From Antedon mediterranea (lineage: Eukaryota > Animalia > Echinodermata): DNA of 64,000 bases. This document shows, one piece after another, positions 13,801 through 28,800 of this stretch. The notes beneath the pieces were generated by a model, which was given only the letters and a program-made list of their open reading frames with translations, was not told where the DNA came from and searched no databases. Within the stretch, counting starts at the first letter, position 1. Every line of letters begins with the position of its first letter. The position numbers were made by a program, and so were the translations under genes. The stretch spans positions 8,618,001 to 8,682,000 of the forward strand of contig NC_092671.1 in the NCBI RefSeq assembly GCF_964355755.1. The letters run 5' to 3'.

Positions 13801-16800
13801 TGATTCCTAGATTTTACCGTTTTTGTGTTTTTCTGATTATACTGTTCTTCAAGTAATCCCAAGCTTTTCTATGACTTCTTATGACTAATACAGAAAAACA
13901 GGCTTTGTTTTTCATATTCTTTAAATAATATATTTTCTCATAATATTGTTTTAAAAAAGTTAATAAATAAGTTTTAACTGTCCAAAATTGTAAAGTTCTT
14001 TGCTCCAGTTATGGATAAAAGTGTATTTAGTAGTAGTAGAATTTACCACAGTGCTTCAGGTCAGATGGCTTCGGACAAGTGATTCTTTTTACCATTTCCT
14101 CATTTTTTTTGGGCGGGGTGGGAGGGGGTTTCATCTTTCTACTTCCAAAGATACATTTAATAAAGTCTCCAAATGTTTGCAATATTTCAAATAATTTGGG
14201 TATTGAAATTGATGCATAATTTCTGTGTTAACATTTTCAAACTTTCTTAACTGAATTAAAATATGTTTGTAAACATTGTTTATAAAAAGCTTCTGTACAG
14301 TTTGTTCACTTATTTATACTAAAGGCAAAGACATAAAAATATATATAATGTACATAAATCATACTGAAAGTGGGAATCAACATTAAAAAGAGCATTCAAA
14401 TAAAACTGTTATAATATATCAATGATAAATGTAGCTGATAATTTGACATACAAGGCTAGCATTGTAATTAAACAAACCTGATGTTACCTGCGGTGTCTTT
14501 GAACTCATTAAACGAGAGTCATTATATTCTTAAATGACTTTTGTAGGTGTTGAACCAGCTACCTTCAAAATGTAACACATGGCCTCTGGTGAACTCTCAG
14601 CCTTTCAAACATACACGCTAAAGCCTTTGATAATTTTTAGTCCGACATAAATTAAAAGATATTTTGAATGAAGAAACTCGACTAGGATTAAGGTATCATG
14701 TAGTCTTTTTCTTCCCCGTCTTTGCAACTCTTTCAGAAACTGTAAAAGAGGATTACTTGAAATCCCAAGTTAAGTCATCAGAATCATTAATATCAAGTAT
14801 GATGCTATTGTATAGTGCCAGCAATCAAGATTTAGTTCATGGGTTCACTTCATATGAGTCACATTTCGTTTGAAGTAAAATAATTGTTTTCTATTTTAAA
14901 TTGTATCAAAAGAAAATGATTATAACATGTATAATGTCCACACTAATGCTTATGATGTATCTGTTCTTGATATGCCCATTTAGGTTACTCAGTTTTGTAG
15001 TGGTAAAGTAACCAAGAACTCTCCTACCTGGACACTGCTAAATTATCATCTTCTTTTGACTGCTCACCACAGACCATCACAGTGCTATGAATTTAGTTAT
15101 CCCAGGCTCATCTTCCTATATTTTTGTTTTTTCTTCAATACATATAGTTTAGATTACTATCTTTATATTTTGTTAATATCTTTAGCAAGCCTATTAGAAA
15201 TAGGCTCACATGAAAGCATGAAAACAGACCAATGCCACAACCTTGATATTGGCAAAAAAAATTGACTTCCATTAACAAGTATTTTTAATCATTCTGCTCT
15301 CATATAAATAATAAAAATATGTTCATAGATCTAATGGAAACGGTTAGAATTAAACAGTAAAATATTATTTGTTGCTTTTTAGCAATGCACTTACATAATG
15401 GAATGCTAAACAACTAGAGAAACACAATTCTGGCTTTGTCATTGTTAGACATAGAAGAAGTGCTTCTATTCACTAATTCCTTGTGGAAGCCCTTGTGTAT
15501 GAAATACATTTATACGTTTGACAAATGTTATACTGTTATTGCTGGCATTGTTGTTTGTTTGGTCAATTTTCTGGTCTTGCTAAATAACCACCATCAATAT
15601 TTATATTGCCATATGTTTTCTATGTTTTTCCACAATGTTGAATACTGCAGGATATAACAAGTCTTATACTTACACTTATCTATATTTATTATTATTACAA
15701 AAACAAACAAAAATAGTAATTTTGCCTTAGTTAGTAATAACGAATCTATACAATAAGGTAAAGTTAGGTTTACATAATTGTTGTACATATAGCCCCGTCA
15801 TTCCCAAATTATGTTGCTTCTCTTTATTGGTTTTTTTATAATAAAATTCCTTATGTTATGTACATTTTCATTTTGTCAATAACTTGTTTTCTTAGAATTA
15901 CCATTAAATCAAACGTTAACCTTTTTATGGGTTCTTCAAATTTCATTATACTCATAAAGTAATTTTTTGTTATTTTCTTAGAACTGAAAAATGTGGTTTT
16001 ATTGCTCTTATTACTAAACTTTATTGCAGATTTTTTTTAAGGAAATTCATTTTTGCATACTGTAAATTCAAAAAGTTATAGAAAATAAGATTAATGTATA
16101 GATATTAATTGTCTTTTTTTTAAATTTGTAAGTAAAATTTGTATTATATTACGTACTTTATATTCTGATCTAAAGGCAAATTACTGAAAAAAAATGGCAA
16201 TGTTGTTGAAATAAGCAAAATGCTTTATATTATCTTTTTTTTAAATATTTATTAATGCTATTTTCAATAAAACTATCACTGCATAACAAATATATACTTT
16301 GTGTAAGATTCATTTGATGGAAACTTTAAAATTAATTCGAAGATGTGAACGCCACAGGTAAAATGTTCTATTTAGTTCCACCACCATATTCTAATTAACC
16401 AAGTATCACCGCTGTTTTTACGTCAACTTGTTTGCCGCCAGGTCTTTCACGTCAAGTACATAATTAAGATTTGTTAAGTATCATTTGGATTGGATCAAGT
16501 GATGAAGAAAATCTCTTTTAAAACAAAGGTACCGTAAAGATGCTTATCCATACGTGCTGTCGGTAAATTTGGTAAATTCGGATATAGAGACGCAGCTGTA
16601 GTAATTAGGATAATATATTATAAGCCTGTTACGTTTAAAATAGTTGACAGTTGGTTCATTGAGCAGTGTGAATTGCAGTTTAGATTTAAATTTGAATTTC
16701 AGAATGCGAGCAAGAATAACAAAAATGCACTTTTCACCTGTTGTGTTTTCTTTTACTTTTCAGCTGTAGTTGTAAATTCATTAATAGTATTGTGTTAATT

Positions 16801-19800
16801 GATGATTGTTATTAATCGTGTAGTTTAGATTAGTATTGTTATTTATATTCTACTTTCTGTACTAAGATAATACTATCGATCATTTTTTCACCTGTTCATG
16901 TCGTTGGCATTTTATCTAGCAAAGCCATTCTTAAACATTTTCTAGACTTCTGTAGTAACACATCAACAATTCTCAATTTTTCTATAGAAAATAAAAGATG
17001 ATTTTGTAAGTAAGGTAAAACGATTCCTCTGCAGCTCTGAGCTCCCAACTCTTTAACATGAAAGAGGAAAAAATTGTGGAGAATATTTTTGGAGAAGCAA
17101 ATTATATGTATATTTTCACATTACAGTAAAGATTCAGCAGCTGATTCAATTAATTATTACTGATTTATATTAGTGCACATTGGTCATTTACAAAGATTAT
17201 TTAAAAGTATTGATATTATCTGGTTTTGTTAATTTTTCTCAAAGCATTTTGTTTGAAGAAACTTTCATAGTTAAAACTTATATAGCTTGTACTATGTTTA
17301 AAAAACAGTTCAATTTCAGTTTCATAAAATGTTTCTCTTGACATAATTACAGATAATTTAAACTTCATTTACTCTTGTATTAATTTATTTGAAACATAGT
17401 TTTCCAAAATAGATTGCCAATTTAAACTCAATTTAAGCAACAAATTTGTCTTCTCAATTTGTGCCATTTGTAAGCTGGTAAATTTGATAAAGTTAAACTC
17501 TCATTTTATAATAACCTACTGATTTGTTAATTTGTTTTGCTAAATATCTAGATTAAGTTTGGTTCATATTAATCACATGAGGCAGGGAGGTATAAAAATA
17601 TTTTTATATTGCATGAGGCAAGGTATTTGAATAAATCTACTGTTATACGAATTGAAGAATTAGAAAGCAAGATATTCCTGATACTTTAAAATGCAGATAT
17701 TCATTTTTAAGATTGTTGTTATTTTCACCCAATATAACATAATAAAAAATAAAACGTGCTTTCAAGGTTATTAATGCTTTTGGCTGTTGACCAAACTATC
17801 TCATAATTGTACCAAAATCAATTTTAACACGATAGTAAATCCTATATATACTTTTGGTTTTGATAACTCCTCCACTCCACATTATGGCACATATCACAAG
17901 TATAAAAGACAGGAAGACTTCCATACATTGTTTTTGAAAATTTAAAAAATTTGAAGTTAAATTATTTTTATTTATTGTGTAGAAATAGAAATGAGAATAC
18001 AGTATACTTTAGCAATAATAATTATAATTGTACAATAGCAATATGTCACAATATAAACAAAAAGAATATATTGTAATAATTATAATTAATTATTCAAATT
18101 GCTTAGGCTTAAGTTTTAATTTCCATTTCTTAGAGAATTGTCAGTGAAGGAATTTTCAATTTCTGTTTGTATATAAACATACTATTTTATTTTTATTTTA
18201 TTTCATACTTTGTTTCTAAAATTTAAGATCACAAAACTGAATATCCATACACAAGTACAGTATTTGTGATTTTTTTTAGCATTTACAACACAGAATCCTA
18301 CAGATATTCATTAAGTCGTCATAGTGATCAAATTTAAATAAACATTTCTTTACATTTACCTATATGAATAAATCACCCACTGGTAAACCTGTCGACAGGT
18401 GTTTTTATACCGATGAAAAGCTACACTTTACAGTGATATATTACTTGCCATTTCTACAATTAGCGGGATTAGTATATACTGCGGGCGGCAGAACCTAGGA
18501 TTCATACTCTTCTATCTTCTATCATTGAAAGAATTAGCTGATTTTGTTATTCTCTCCTTCTCACCTTTTCGGGAAGAGAGGTCATTTATTTGATTTTGTT
18601 AGAACATGTCTAGACTAACTAAGTTTTAATATTTTTCTTTTTTTTTAAAATATAAATAACATTATCAACTAATCAATTTTTTGTCACTCCGTTAACACCT
18701 GTGCCTTTTTGTAAATTCTTCACATCACCATATCTATTTTTATTGTTACCTGCATAGCAAAAACAATTAAAGGTTTGCAGAAATTGCATCATTGTATAAA
18801 AACATTTATGATTATATTTTTATAATTGTGTTGTCAGCTTAATTGAAACACAGATATAGTCTAAATGATAGGATGTCTAGCAGTTGAGCTTGGGTATAAA
18901 ATTGAACCAGCTTTTTCCACTTTCTCACATTTTCTCATTTCTCTATTATTTCAGCATTATTATTATTTAGTGCCACTGGTTTATATATATATTTAACAAC
19001 ACAGTATATAAAATTTGATGATAAATAAATGACACATATCCAAAAAAAAAGTAAATTGCTAATAATTTCAGGAGTGTCAAATTAAACTCTTCAATTTAAG
19101 ATAAACATTTGTCATGTCATCATTTAAAATCAATGGTAATTATTGAATAATGATACTGATGACTTTTTAGAATATCTCATTTTGCAATATTAATGATCTA
19201 ATGTTTCTGACGCCTTTTTTTAATGAGATCTTTTATCAATGTCGTAATATACATCAAAACTAATTTCTTTTCTTTTGAATAATACAAACTCCTAGAATTT
19301 TCACAAACAGTTTTAAATTTAAACTGAACGTTTTATGGAAAAATGCTTCGATCGCACAGAACGTAAATGTCAAAATTTGATCAAATACATTCTATCATCG
19401 AGGAAAGATATTCATGGTGATGATATATATCTGTATGTTTCAATCATTGCTTAGATCTATTGTGGTGAATCAGCGCTTGTCTTTAAACAATGAATTGGTT
19501 AGTTCAACTTGACATAACACAACAAAATTAATTTCTAGTTTATACAGTGCTAATATCATTATTACCGAAAAAAAATTGTAATTTCCTAATAACATATTTC
19601 ATTAATTTTGTTTTTATTATTTTTATAATGTCCATGTGGTATGAGTGTTGTAGTCTAAGAATATTAAGATAAACCAAAGAAACCATGCACAACTACTAAT
19701 AGATTTACTTCAATAAACTAAAATAATTATTGTAATTATTCTTTTTCTGCAGGAAATCAGAGTATACGTTATTTGAATCTGGTATTAAAGTAAACACACA

Positions 19801-22800
19801 GAACGCAAAGTTATGGAACAATGTTGGCCATGCATTGGAAAGTGAAGAGCGCCATGAGGAGGCTTTGCAGTACTTCCTTCAGGCTTCCAGGTAACCATTT
19901 AACAATATTTCCAAATTCTAGATAGATAATTCAGATATGCATTGATAGACTTTGGAGTTTAATTCCATCTTTAATCCCTGTCAGTGTAGGTTATTTTACA
20001 ATTTGTCAGGTTTTTTCTTTGTATTGTTTTGTGCATTTGTCCAAAGGAATGGTTGTAGATACTCTGCATCATAGAATGCTTCATCTCCAACTTTTGCGGT
20101 CATGGGCAAGCAATACCTGTGTTGAGGCAAAATCTTTCCCCTTTCTATAGTAATGTTACACTATTAATTTCTCCTTCTTTCTGCCATGTACCCTTTAAGA
20201 TGATCATTGTCTGCTTACCTAATAAGGACAATTAATAATGTAATACAATAAAAAATTGCCTGACACTGAAATTACTCTGGAGTTTTTTTGCGCAATATTG
20301 TAATAATAGGTACAAAGTTGCTGAAAAGAAACTTTCAGTGAAATAAAACCCATTTCATTTTCAGCTCATTTCATAAAAGCAATTAATGATTACGTAAAAA
20401 AATCTTGTATTTCTTTTATGAAAGCATTAATCTAAAAATAATTCTGATACATTTAATGTAAATTGTAGAATACTATTTCTGTCAAGATGGTATTAAACCA
20501 AACCAGAAGTACTTTTACAATAGTAAAAACATCTGCATAACTCAGCGTTATCTCTAATAAAGCTTGCACATCTTTTTGTAACTGTTTTATGAGCTACAGT
20601 TCATCTCTATACTGTAGAAAGGTACTAAAATGACATTTATCAAAGTATTTGTTGCAGGAAAAACATAAAATTAATAGATAGTAATAAAAAAAAATAAAAA
20701 AGTTTTCAATAGCCTATCAAAACAACTTATATTTTCTATTTCTGCCAGTTTAACATTTCAGTTTCAGAAAATAAAGTAAAAGAGTGGTTGTGAAAGCAGG
20801 AGATATAATACACTATTTGATTGGATAGTATGCCATACAAGGTATCATAAGTTAAGTTTGACATGACTGACACAATATCTACAACCAGTGTTATCAATAG
20901 TATTGTCAGCTATTTTCACTCCTCTGCTGTGAGGAATGTCTCATGTTCTCTTCTGTTCTCTCTCTCTCCCTTTGACATCCCCAGTAATGTTGGCTTTTAT
21001 CAGATTTTTTTCCTTTAAGAACCAACAAACTTGATGTACTATAGTCCAAAAATTAACAAACGCATAGGATTATACTAAGATGCCTATTTTTCTCAGTGAA
21101 ACATAACTTTCCTTTCAAAACACCTGAGATACATTTTTTTACGATGAAATCTAGAAGATTCTAATGACTAGATGGACAGCTTTTATCCCAAGAGAACCTG
21201 ATCTTTCAATATATGTAAATATAAATCTTACAGTTGTTACCACATTTATATCTTGACCTTGAGCATGTTTTTCAATAACTTTGTTACATTCATATCTTTT
21301 ATAAGATCAATAATTAAACTGTCACTATTTGTAAAATATCAGATTGTAAGAATGTCTTTGACTTCTGTTAATCATACTATTCACTAAAAATGCAATAAAT
21401 TTACCCTTTTTCACACTTTCTAAAGCTGCTAAATTGTTTATTGATATTTTCAGAAAATGTAATTATAATCATTTTATTATAAAAATTTACATTAAAATAA
21501 TTTATAAATCTGTGATTTATCAACTTTTGCCAAAGTCTTTGGAAAATGAATGTCCATTGTGATGACAGAAAACAGTTGGTTTTACATTTATATCTGTAAA
21601 ATTCAAATGTTATCCTTTACTTAAAGAAGTGCATTTAACTTGAAACATTGGTAATCATTACCTTTCTACTCTGATAAACAGGTCATCTTTTTCAGGTGAA
21701 ACTTGTAAGATTTTATGAGGAATATAATTTTAACATTTCACCTCGACTCTTCATTAAAAAAATAATGTCCCTTTTAATGGATTAGTGAAATTTTTCTATA
21801 TATTTATTTGTATTATGCACTGTACAAAATGATAGGCCTGCATAAGAGAATCCTTTCTAAATAAAAGAACAGTTCTCTTATCTCCAGATTGTTTATTTAA
21901 CAACAATCATTAACAGTGGGTAATTGTCATTTTTTACTGTCTGGCCCCACCCATGAAACTCCATGACATCTCATAGACCTTACTTTGTTTCATTACTATT
22001 AAGATTATATTATGATTTCATATTTTAATATTGTAAATACCTTTTACATTATCTATTTGCCCTTGACCATTGATAACTGCTTTGAAGTCTTAATCTTCTT
22101 TCATTATTATATAATTTTCCTTAATGTCATCATTTTGATAGAAAACCATTCTTTCAATCTTCTCAAGATGCAGATGTTTTACCTTGCCTGAATGTTGTTT
22201 GAATTTTATGCAGATATTTTTAAAGAACACAATTTACAATCTCTATTTAGCATTTTGAAAGTAAATTATTATTATTATTATTTTATTACTCTGAGATGCA
22301 GGTGTTTTACCATGCCCAAATGTTGTTTCAATTTTATTCAAATATCACAGTTAACAAATTGTTATCTCTATTAAGTGTTTTTAATTTTTATAGCAATTTA
22401 TTATTTGTTATAGTACCTCCAGATGCAGGAGTATAACTCATCCAAATATAGTTTTTATTTAATCTGGATTTGATATAAATACTATTATCTCTAACATTTT
22501 TTTTTATTTAATAGAAAATCGTTATTCTGAATTTCCTGTTTTTACTTTGCCCAAATGTTGTTGTTTGAATTTTACCTGGATTTGTGAGGATTACAATAGA
22601 AAATTATCCATATTTGGAGTTTCTTAATGAAAAATACATTAATTACAGGAAAGCACTATTCATTGCATATTTGCATTCACGTTCTCGGTTAGCGTATCAT
22701 GCATGTGCATTGAAATCCTTGACAGTTGCTCATTGTTTGAATTCATTAAGAACAATCTCTATCATTTAGTAGTCTGTAATCTTCATTTTTCATTGTTCAA

Positions 22801-25800
22801 CATTGTATGTCCTAAAACTTTACTGTTAATGACAGAAACTATGTGTATAGACTCAATTTCAAATGGCTGTGATGTTGGTCATCATGTATCATGTTTAGCT
22901 TTCTTGAGGGAATTGTGTATATCTGTGGACTGTAATAGCATCTTGAACTATTTGCTTAAGGTTCAAAATGTACTTGAAAAGCCTGTAGAAAATGTCTATC
23001 TTTCCAAATACATATGGAAATCTATGTAATGTGCACTCTTAATGCAATTTGAAAGTCATATCAAGATTTTCTGTGTCTACGATTGTAGAAAAAAAATGTC
23101 AGAAATATTTTTCATATAATATGTATTATTATTATATAGTTCTTTTAAAAACAAAATTCATACAGTATTGAGCTAATCAAGACTTTAGTTTGGTGTTGAT
23201 TTCCTTCTTTGTCTTTTCATCTTTTATTTCCTTTTGCATTTTACTATATTTTCCATCTTTTACTTCCCTTTATATCTTTCCTTATTTTACTTCATTTTCC
23301 ATTTGTTACTTTTTTTCTTTTCTATCTTTTCCTTTTCCACCCTTACTTTATTATCTTTTACTTACTTAACTCCTTCTATCTTTACTACATCTTCCTTCAT
23401 TTACTTCCTTTTGCATTATTTATTTATTTATTTTATTATTTAATCCTTTACTTTCTTTTCCATCCTTCAGTGTGTGGCAATTTTCCAGTGCTTTTTAGCG
23501 CTGCTCTTAAAGTAGCATTATACTATGATTAACTTGTACAGAAAATTATATTTATCAGATAAATATAATTGGTTGTAGTTCTGTAATTTAGTTTAATTTG
23601 CCTGTTTGTAATTGTATATCACCATTATCTATTGCCAGTAAACCTTAGAATATTGCACTAGTTTTCGCTTTAAAAGTGTAATCTTTAATCATTTGTTTAA
23701 GACAGTTAATCAATTAAACTTTGTGATACCTTCACATCTCTTTACGTGAGCATCCTATTTCTGAATTTTGGTGAAATGGTACTATCATGTTGTTGATTGG
23801 TTTGTGAGCATACGTACAAACACTTGTTTCGCTCTGCTGCTTTTTAATCTCTGTTCTCCCAATTGATGGAACTGATGATGATGAATGTGAATGAATTTAT
23901 CTGTAATTTTTTAACCTATTAATTGAGTTTTTACAGTAGTGTTCTTCATGAAATTCTTTTTTGTCCGTTAAATTGGTCAAATTTTACCTTAAGAACCATA
24001 AAAGTGATTTGAAATTAGCTAGCCTGGAACTTGATTAATAAGATAGCATTCAAACCTCGCATCATTAAGATTTTATAGCTAGCGGTATATAATATGTAGA
24101 ATAGGGAATAATATGCATAACAAAATCACCTTGATATCCCTGACAGCCATCCATCAATTGTGCTTGTCACATTGAATGAATTTATAAGATGTTGAAATAA
24201 AGTACACAACCATTTTCAAAATTGGTTAAAAATTGCTAAATGTGTAACCCTTCCCCCAAATATGAAATACTCTCACCAATGTATCCATATTACTCCTGGA
24301 ACCATAGCACAGAGCTACTGTTGTCAGCACTACTGAAGATAATGTGTGACTATGAATGATATATACAATGGCTATATGTTTGAAGCTAATTTGCATTTTA
24401 TTGTTCAGGTGTACGTAAATCTAACACCTTTATATCACTATACATCCATCAATCACATGTATTTCTAGTATGCTTCTCACATTGGGTAAAGATTATAATA
24501 TGCCCCATTGACTTGAATGAATTGGACACCCAATATTCAGCAGTCAATACTTGGCAATGCATGTAATTTTATGGCACGTTTTTCCTTATTTAGGTTATAA
24601 ATAGTTTACACCTTGCGAGAACACCACACCACAACATACACTAGATCAAATTGCTAGGGCAACCTATGCATTATCATTCAGAAACGATATTGAAAGCAAA
24701 AGATTATCCACTCTTTCATGAAGACTGTGAAGTGCATGCCATTCCCCGCACACTGGCACAGCGACTATTGGCTCAAAAGTTACACAGATATTTGTAGCAC
24801 CTCCTACAACTTTCTGCAGTCAAATATTGGTCTATATACTTTTCAAAAAAAAATTTCCTTCCCAGCAATTATTTTTTTCTTAAAAGTCAATAATCTTGTT
24901 TTTATCTTCATACATTTTTACAGCGTTTAAAATAAATGAAAAATATTTCATAAAAATGATTTTGCATTCAGTTGACTTTTATTATCAGTTGTTTTGATAT
25001 ATTTATACTAGGTAAGTTTTTAAAATGGCTAGCTTAAGCTTTAAAATCTCGTAATATTTATTCTTGCAGACTCTAAGTCTTTGGAAAACAACTATAAAAT
25101 TCTAAAAGATTTATAATTTACTGTGTATATGTAGGGCTTAGGAATTGTCATCTGATATATACTCGAGATTACATCACAACCCTGACATTTTGCCAAATTA
25201 CTCTTTTTCTTTATAAGGTATTATACTCCCAGCACTCCTTCAAGAAACATGTCGAACCGTTAACCTCGCAAACGTCTTTTCATGTACCCTCTGGAACTCT
25301 CATTTACTTGCATCGTTAATTTACAAAAACACTTTTCATGAAAACTTGATGTATGTCGGCGTGATTCTTTTTTTAAAATCTTTTTTCTCCTAATGCGGTT
25401 GTTTATTCATACTATAACTATTGTGTGGATGCTAATGGTACTCAAATCTTTAAAGGTAGAATCGTGAGCCTCGCAGATTTAACTCAAAGTCTCGTGAGAT
25501 TCCACATTCCATTAAGAAAGCTTGTACAAGCGGACTGTATGCTTACAAAAAGAATTAAAATATATGACTGGTTTAGCGAAATTCAACAAACAACTTTTTA
25601 TCAATTACAACATTGAATTTCTTATGTTGTCATGGCATCAATGACAACACAGGTTTATTTTTAATTTTGTATGTTTGTTTATATCATGTGATTGTTTTCA
25701 ATAAATTTTTTCCCGTTTGTATTAATTTGGTACAGATGATTACATTTGTAATTAAAATTTCTACAGATTGATCATTTTCAGCAGCAAAATGAAATATTCA

Positions 25801-28800
25801 TGTCATTAGACTTTTTAGGTTTTACATCACTAAAAAATGTAGATATAAATAATAGAGGTTTAATTGTTTACAGTAGTCAAAAGGTTTTTTACACTCCCTT
25901 TCCATCGTGCCCTTCGAAGAAAGCAAAAGGTAAATTAATCACCCAACCCATTTCCTTTTACTGAACATCACCTTTTTTTTTATAAATTATACATTGTTAT
26001 TTTAACTATATATATATATTTTATATCTAATTTGATAACAATAGGAGAACCATAGGCCTACTGTATTTTTGTTTTTGTATATTTTTAATTGACCTTTATA
26101 TATCCAGAGCTTTTATATTTATACAAGGAGTGATGTGTGCCTTCTAGCACAAATGAACATTTTAAATTAAGTTGAATTAATTAATTCCTCTGGAAAAATG
26201 TATTATTGCAGTATTTTCAAATAACAACTTGATCTCATCATATTTTTATATTACTAATTATTTTATCAATTTAGGTCAACAAAAAATCTTCATAATATGC
26301 TGCTCGTAACGATCAAATCTTTACTTTAGTATAACCAATTTGATTATACTTATACCTCACAATAGTAAATAGTTTTTAATTTTAATTTGATATTGTTATT
26401 ATTTTTAATGTTGTAGATACAGTACCAATTCATTTTGGAAATCAGTAGACCTACATTTGTATTGAAAATATATTTAGTTAAAAGAAACAATACATTTGAA
26501 ATTCAAAATATACAGCACATTGATGCTTTAGGCTCAATGCACTGCAAGTGCAAAATATTAATTTCTAATGCTTTTTGCTCAACATTCGTAAAGTAAAATA
26601 CATAATAAAGAAAAAATAATTTCTGGATTGATTTCCAATCCATAGAAAAATGCTACACTCATCTTGATTTGACAGTCTGTAATATCGACGTCAAAACATT
26701 AAGGAGGGCACAGAAAAAACAACTCACTTTTAAGGACGATTAATCTTTATACTTGAAATGTTAAAAATGACAAGACTAATGCAACTCAAGTATACATCAA
26801 ACTATTACATATTCAAAAGTACATTAATAACAATTTGTCTGTTATACACTGACTTTAATGGCCGATTCACTGTCAATAGAGACGCTTATTTTTGGAGTTT
26901 TGTCCATCAATTATATGTAGATTGACAACCAATATCATAAATACTACTATTCAATTTTTCTTTGAATATATATATAGTAATTTTGATCTAGTCTGATTAA
27001 TTTTTTTATTCATTTGAAGATTTAGATATATTAAACTATCAGTAGAATTGATTTTTATAGAATTATCGTATCTTTCATTTTAGTTTAAATATAATTGATG
27101 TCTTAAAACTATTTTTGAAGTATTCATTTTTATAATATTTGTCTGTTGTGAAAGTGGTTTGTAAACTTCATCATTTATTTCCTTTCAAAATTAATTTAAG
27201 ATTTATTTTTAATTTAAAAAAAAAACATTTAAAAAATACTGTAAAATCTTTTTTTTTTATATATATATTATTATTATCGTAAAAAACTATGTTGTTTAAT
27301 TTTCTTTTTAATAATTACTTTCAATTCTTAGGTTAATTGATGTTAAAAATATATATTATGGTCTCAAAACACAAATTCTTGATATAATTCATTTACTGTA
27401 ATTTAGGTTGATATTGCAATTTAATATCATCCATGTGTACCAGTATTTCTTCCATGATTGGTTTCTTAAAATTGTTTTATAAATTAGTTCCAAAGGAAAA
27501 ATAATCTGTAACCTGAGGAACTTTAACATCTCATAGTTGTTTCCCTGGAAAGTACACACAGAAACAGAAGACCCTAGGTCCAATTACTTCTACTTAAAAG
27601 CGCTTTATTGAACAATGTAATTAGTTAAATTATCCAAGTTTGTACTTTATCATAATTATTTGTATTTAGATGCCATTTGATAATTATCTCTGCCCTGGAG
27701 TAAATTTAAATTTAACAATGGAACTTCAGTCACAAGAGAAAAAAATGTCTTCTAGGCATGATATCACAGTTTTCATATTGAATTCAATACAAATGTTAAT
27801 TACTTGAGAACAGGTTTTTTTATGTCACCTTTTCTATTTTTTTAACAGGAAAAGAAAAAATGTCACTTTTACTTTGAATTGAAACAAAACATTTTCGTTC
27901 ACAATTAACCTGGACATTTCCACAACAATCTACATTAGAGTTATTCACACTCTTTTGTGTATTTCACATGGTTGTATCCGAAACAAAATATTGCAGTTAA
28001 GCACACATTATTCTACTGCAGTATAAGGCAGTAACTTATCTGCATTAATTTTAATCAATGCATATTCAGAAAAATGAGAGGTGATTAAATATTAGAAAGT
28101 ATAAAACGAAAGCATTTTTAAACATAAACAAGCTATTAGTAGGCCAGGCATTTGACTCGTTGCAGAAAACATAAAGATAAATTAATAATTTTATTGAGGT
28201 TATTTATATTATAATTTGCCGCAGAAAAAAGATCTTTGTTTCATTTTCCGCAAAGCGATGTCACTGGCATTTTTATTTATAGATGGCAGCATTTTATCTG
28301 TATCGGCAAAGTTTGGGTTCAAGGGGTCATAGTTAGTTCAAACGTACCATACTCATTAAACCTCAGAACCAGGCTGAAAAACAAGAATATTAGAAAGAAG
28401 AAATAACGATGCTGATATTAAAGTAATCATTTATAAAAGATGCCAACCCAAATGCAGAGACAGTCTCAAAAGAAAATGTAATGTCAGCGATTATTCCGTT
28501 ATTTTATTGCAAGTTACAGATTGAATTTGAAGAGATGCTCAAAACTAGACAATACATCAAAGTGTTTCAACGATTATAAACTTTTTTTTATATAAAGTTA
28601 CCAACGTTTTCATTTAGTGTATTGTTTAGACTGGCGTAAGCTCTGTCCGCATTGATCGTTAACTTTTATCCTATCTATCATTATCAATCGATCTTGTCAG
28701 CCTGAAGTCTATATGTCTGATCGGAATTTAAAAGCATGCGAGATCTTTATAAAGACATTGTCTGTTCTCGGGCGTCAGGATATTGCCAGAAGGATTCATC

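Noticed and set aside
23209-23532. Hydrophobic ORFs 23209..23532 and 23234..23443 (also 55886..56170, 58905..59893)
   Set aside because: They arise from T-rich or A-rich low-complexity DNA.
23650-23672. TATTGCACTAG resembling the miR-92 family 5' end
   Set aside because: The 3' half does not match the family and no precursor hairpin is evident.
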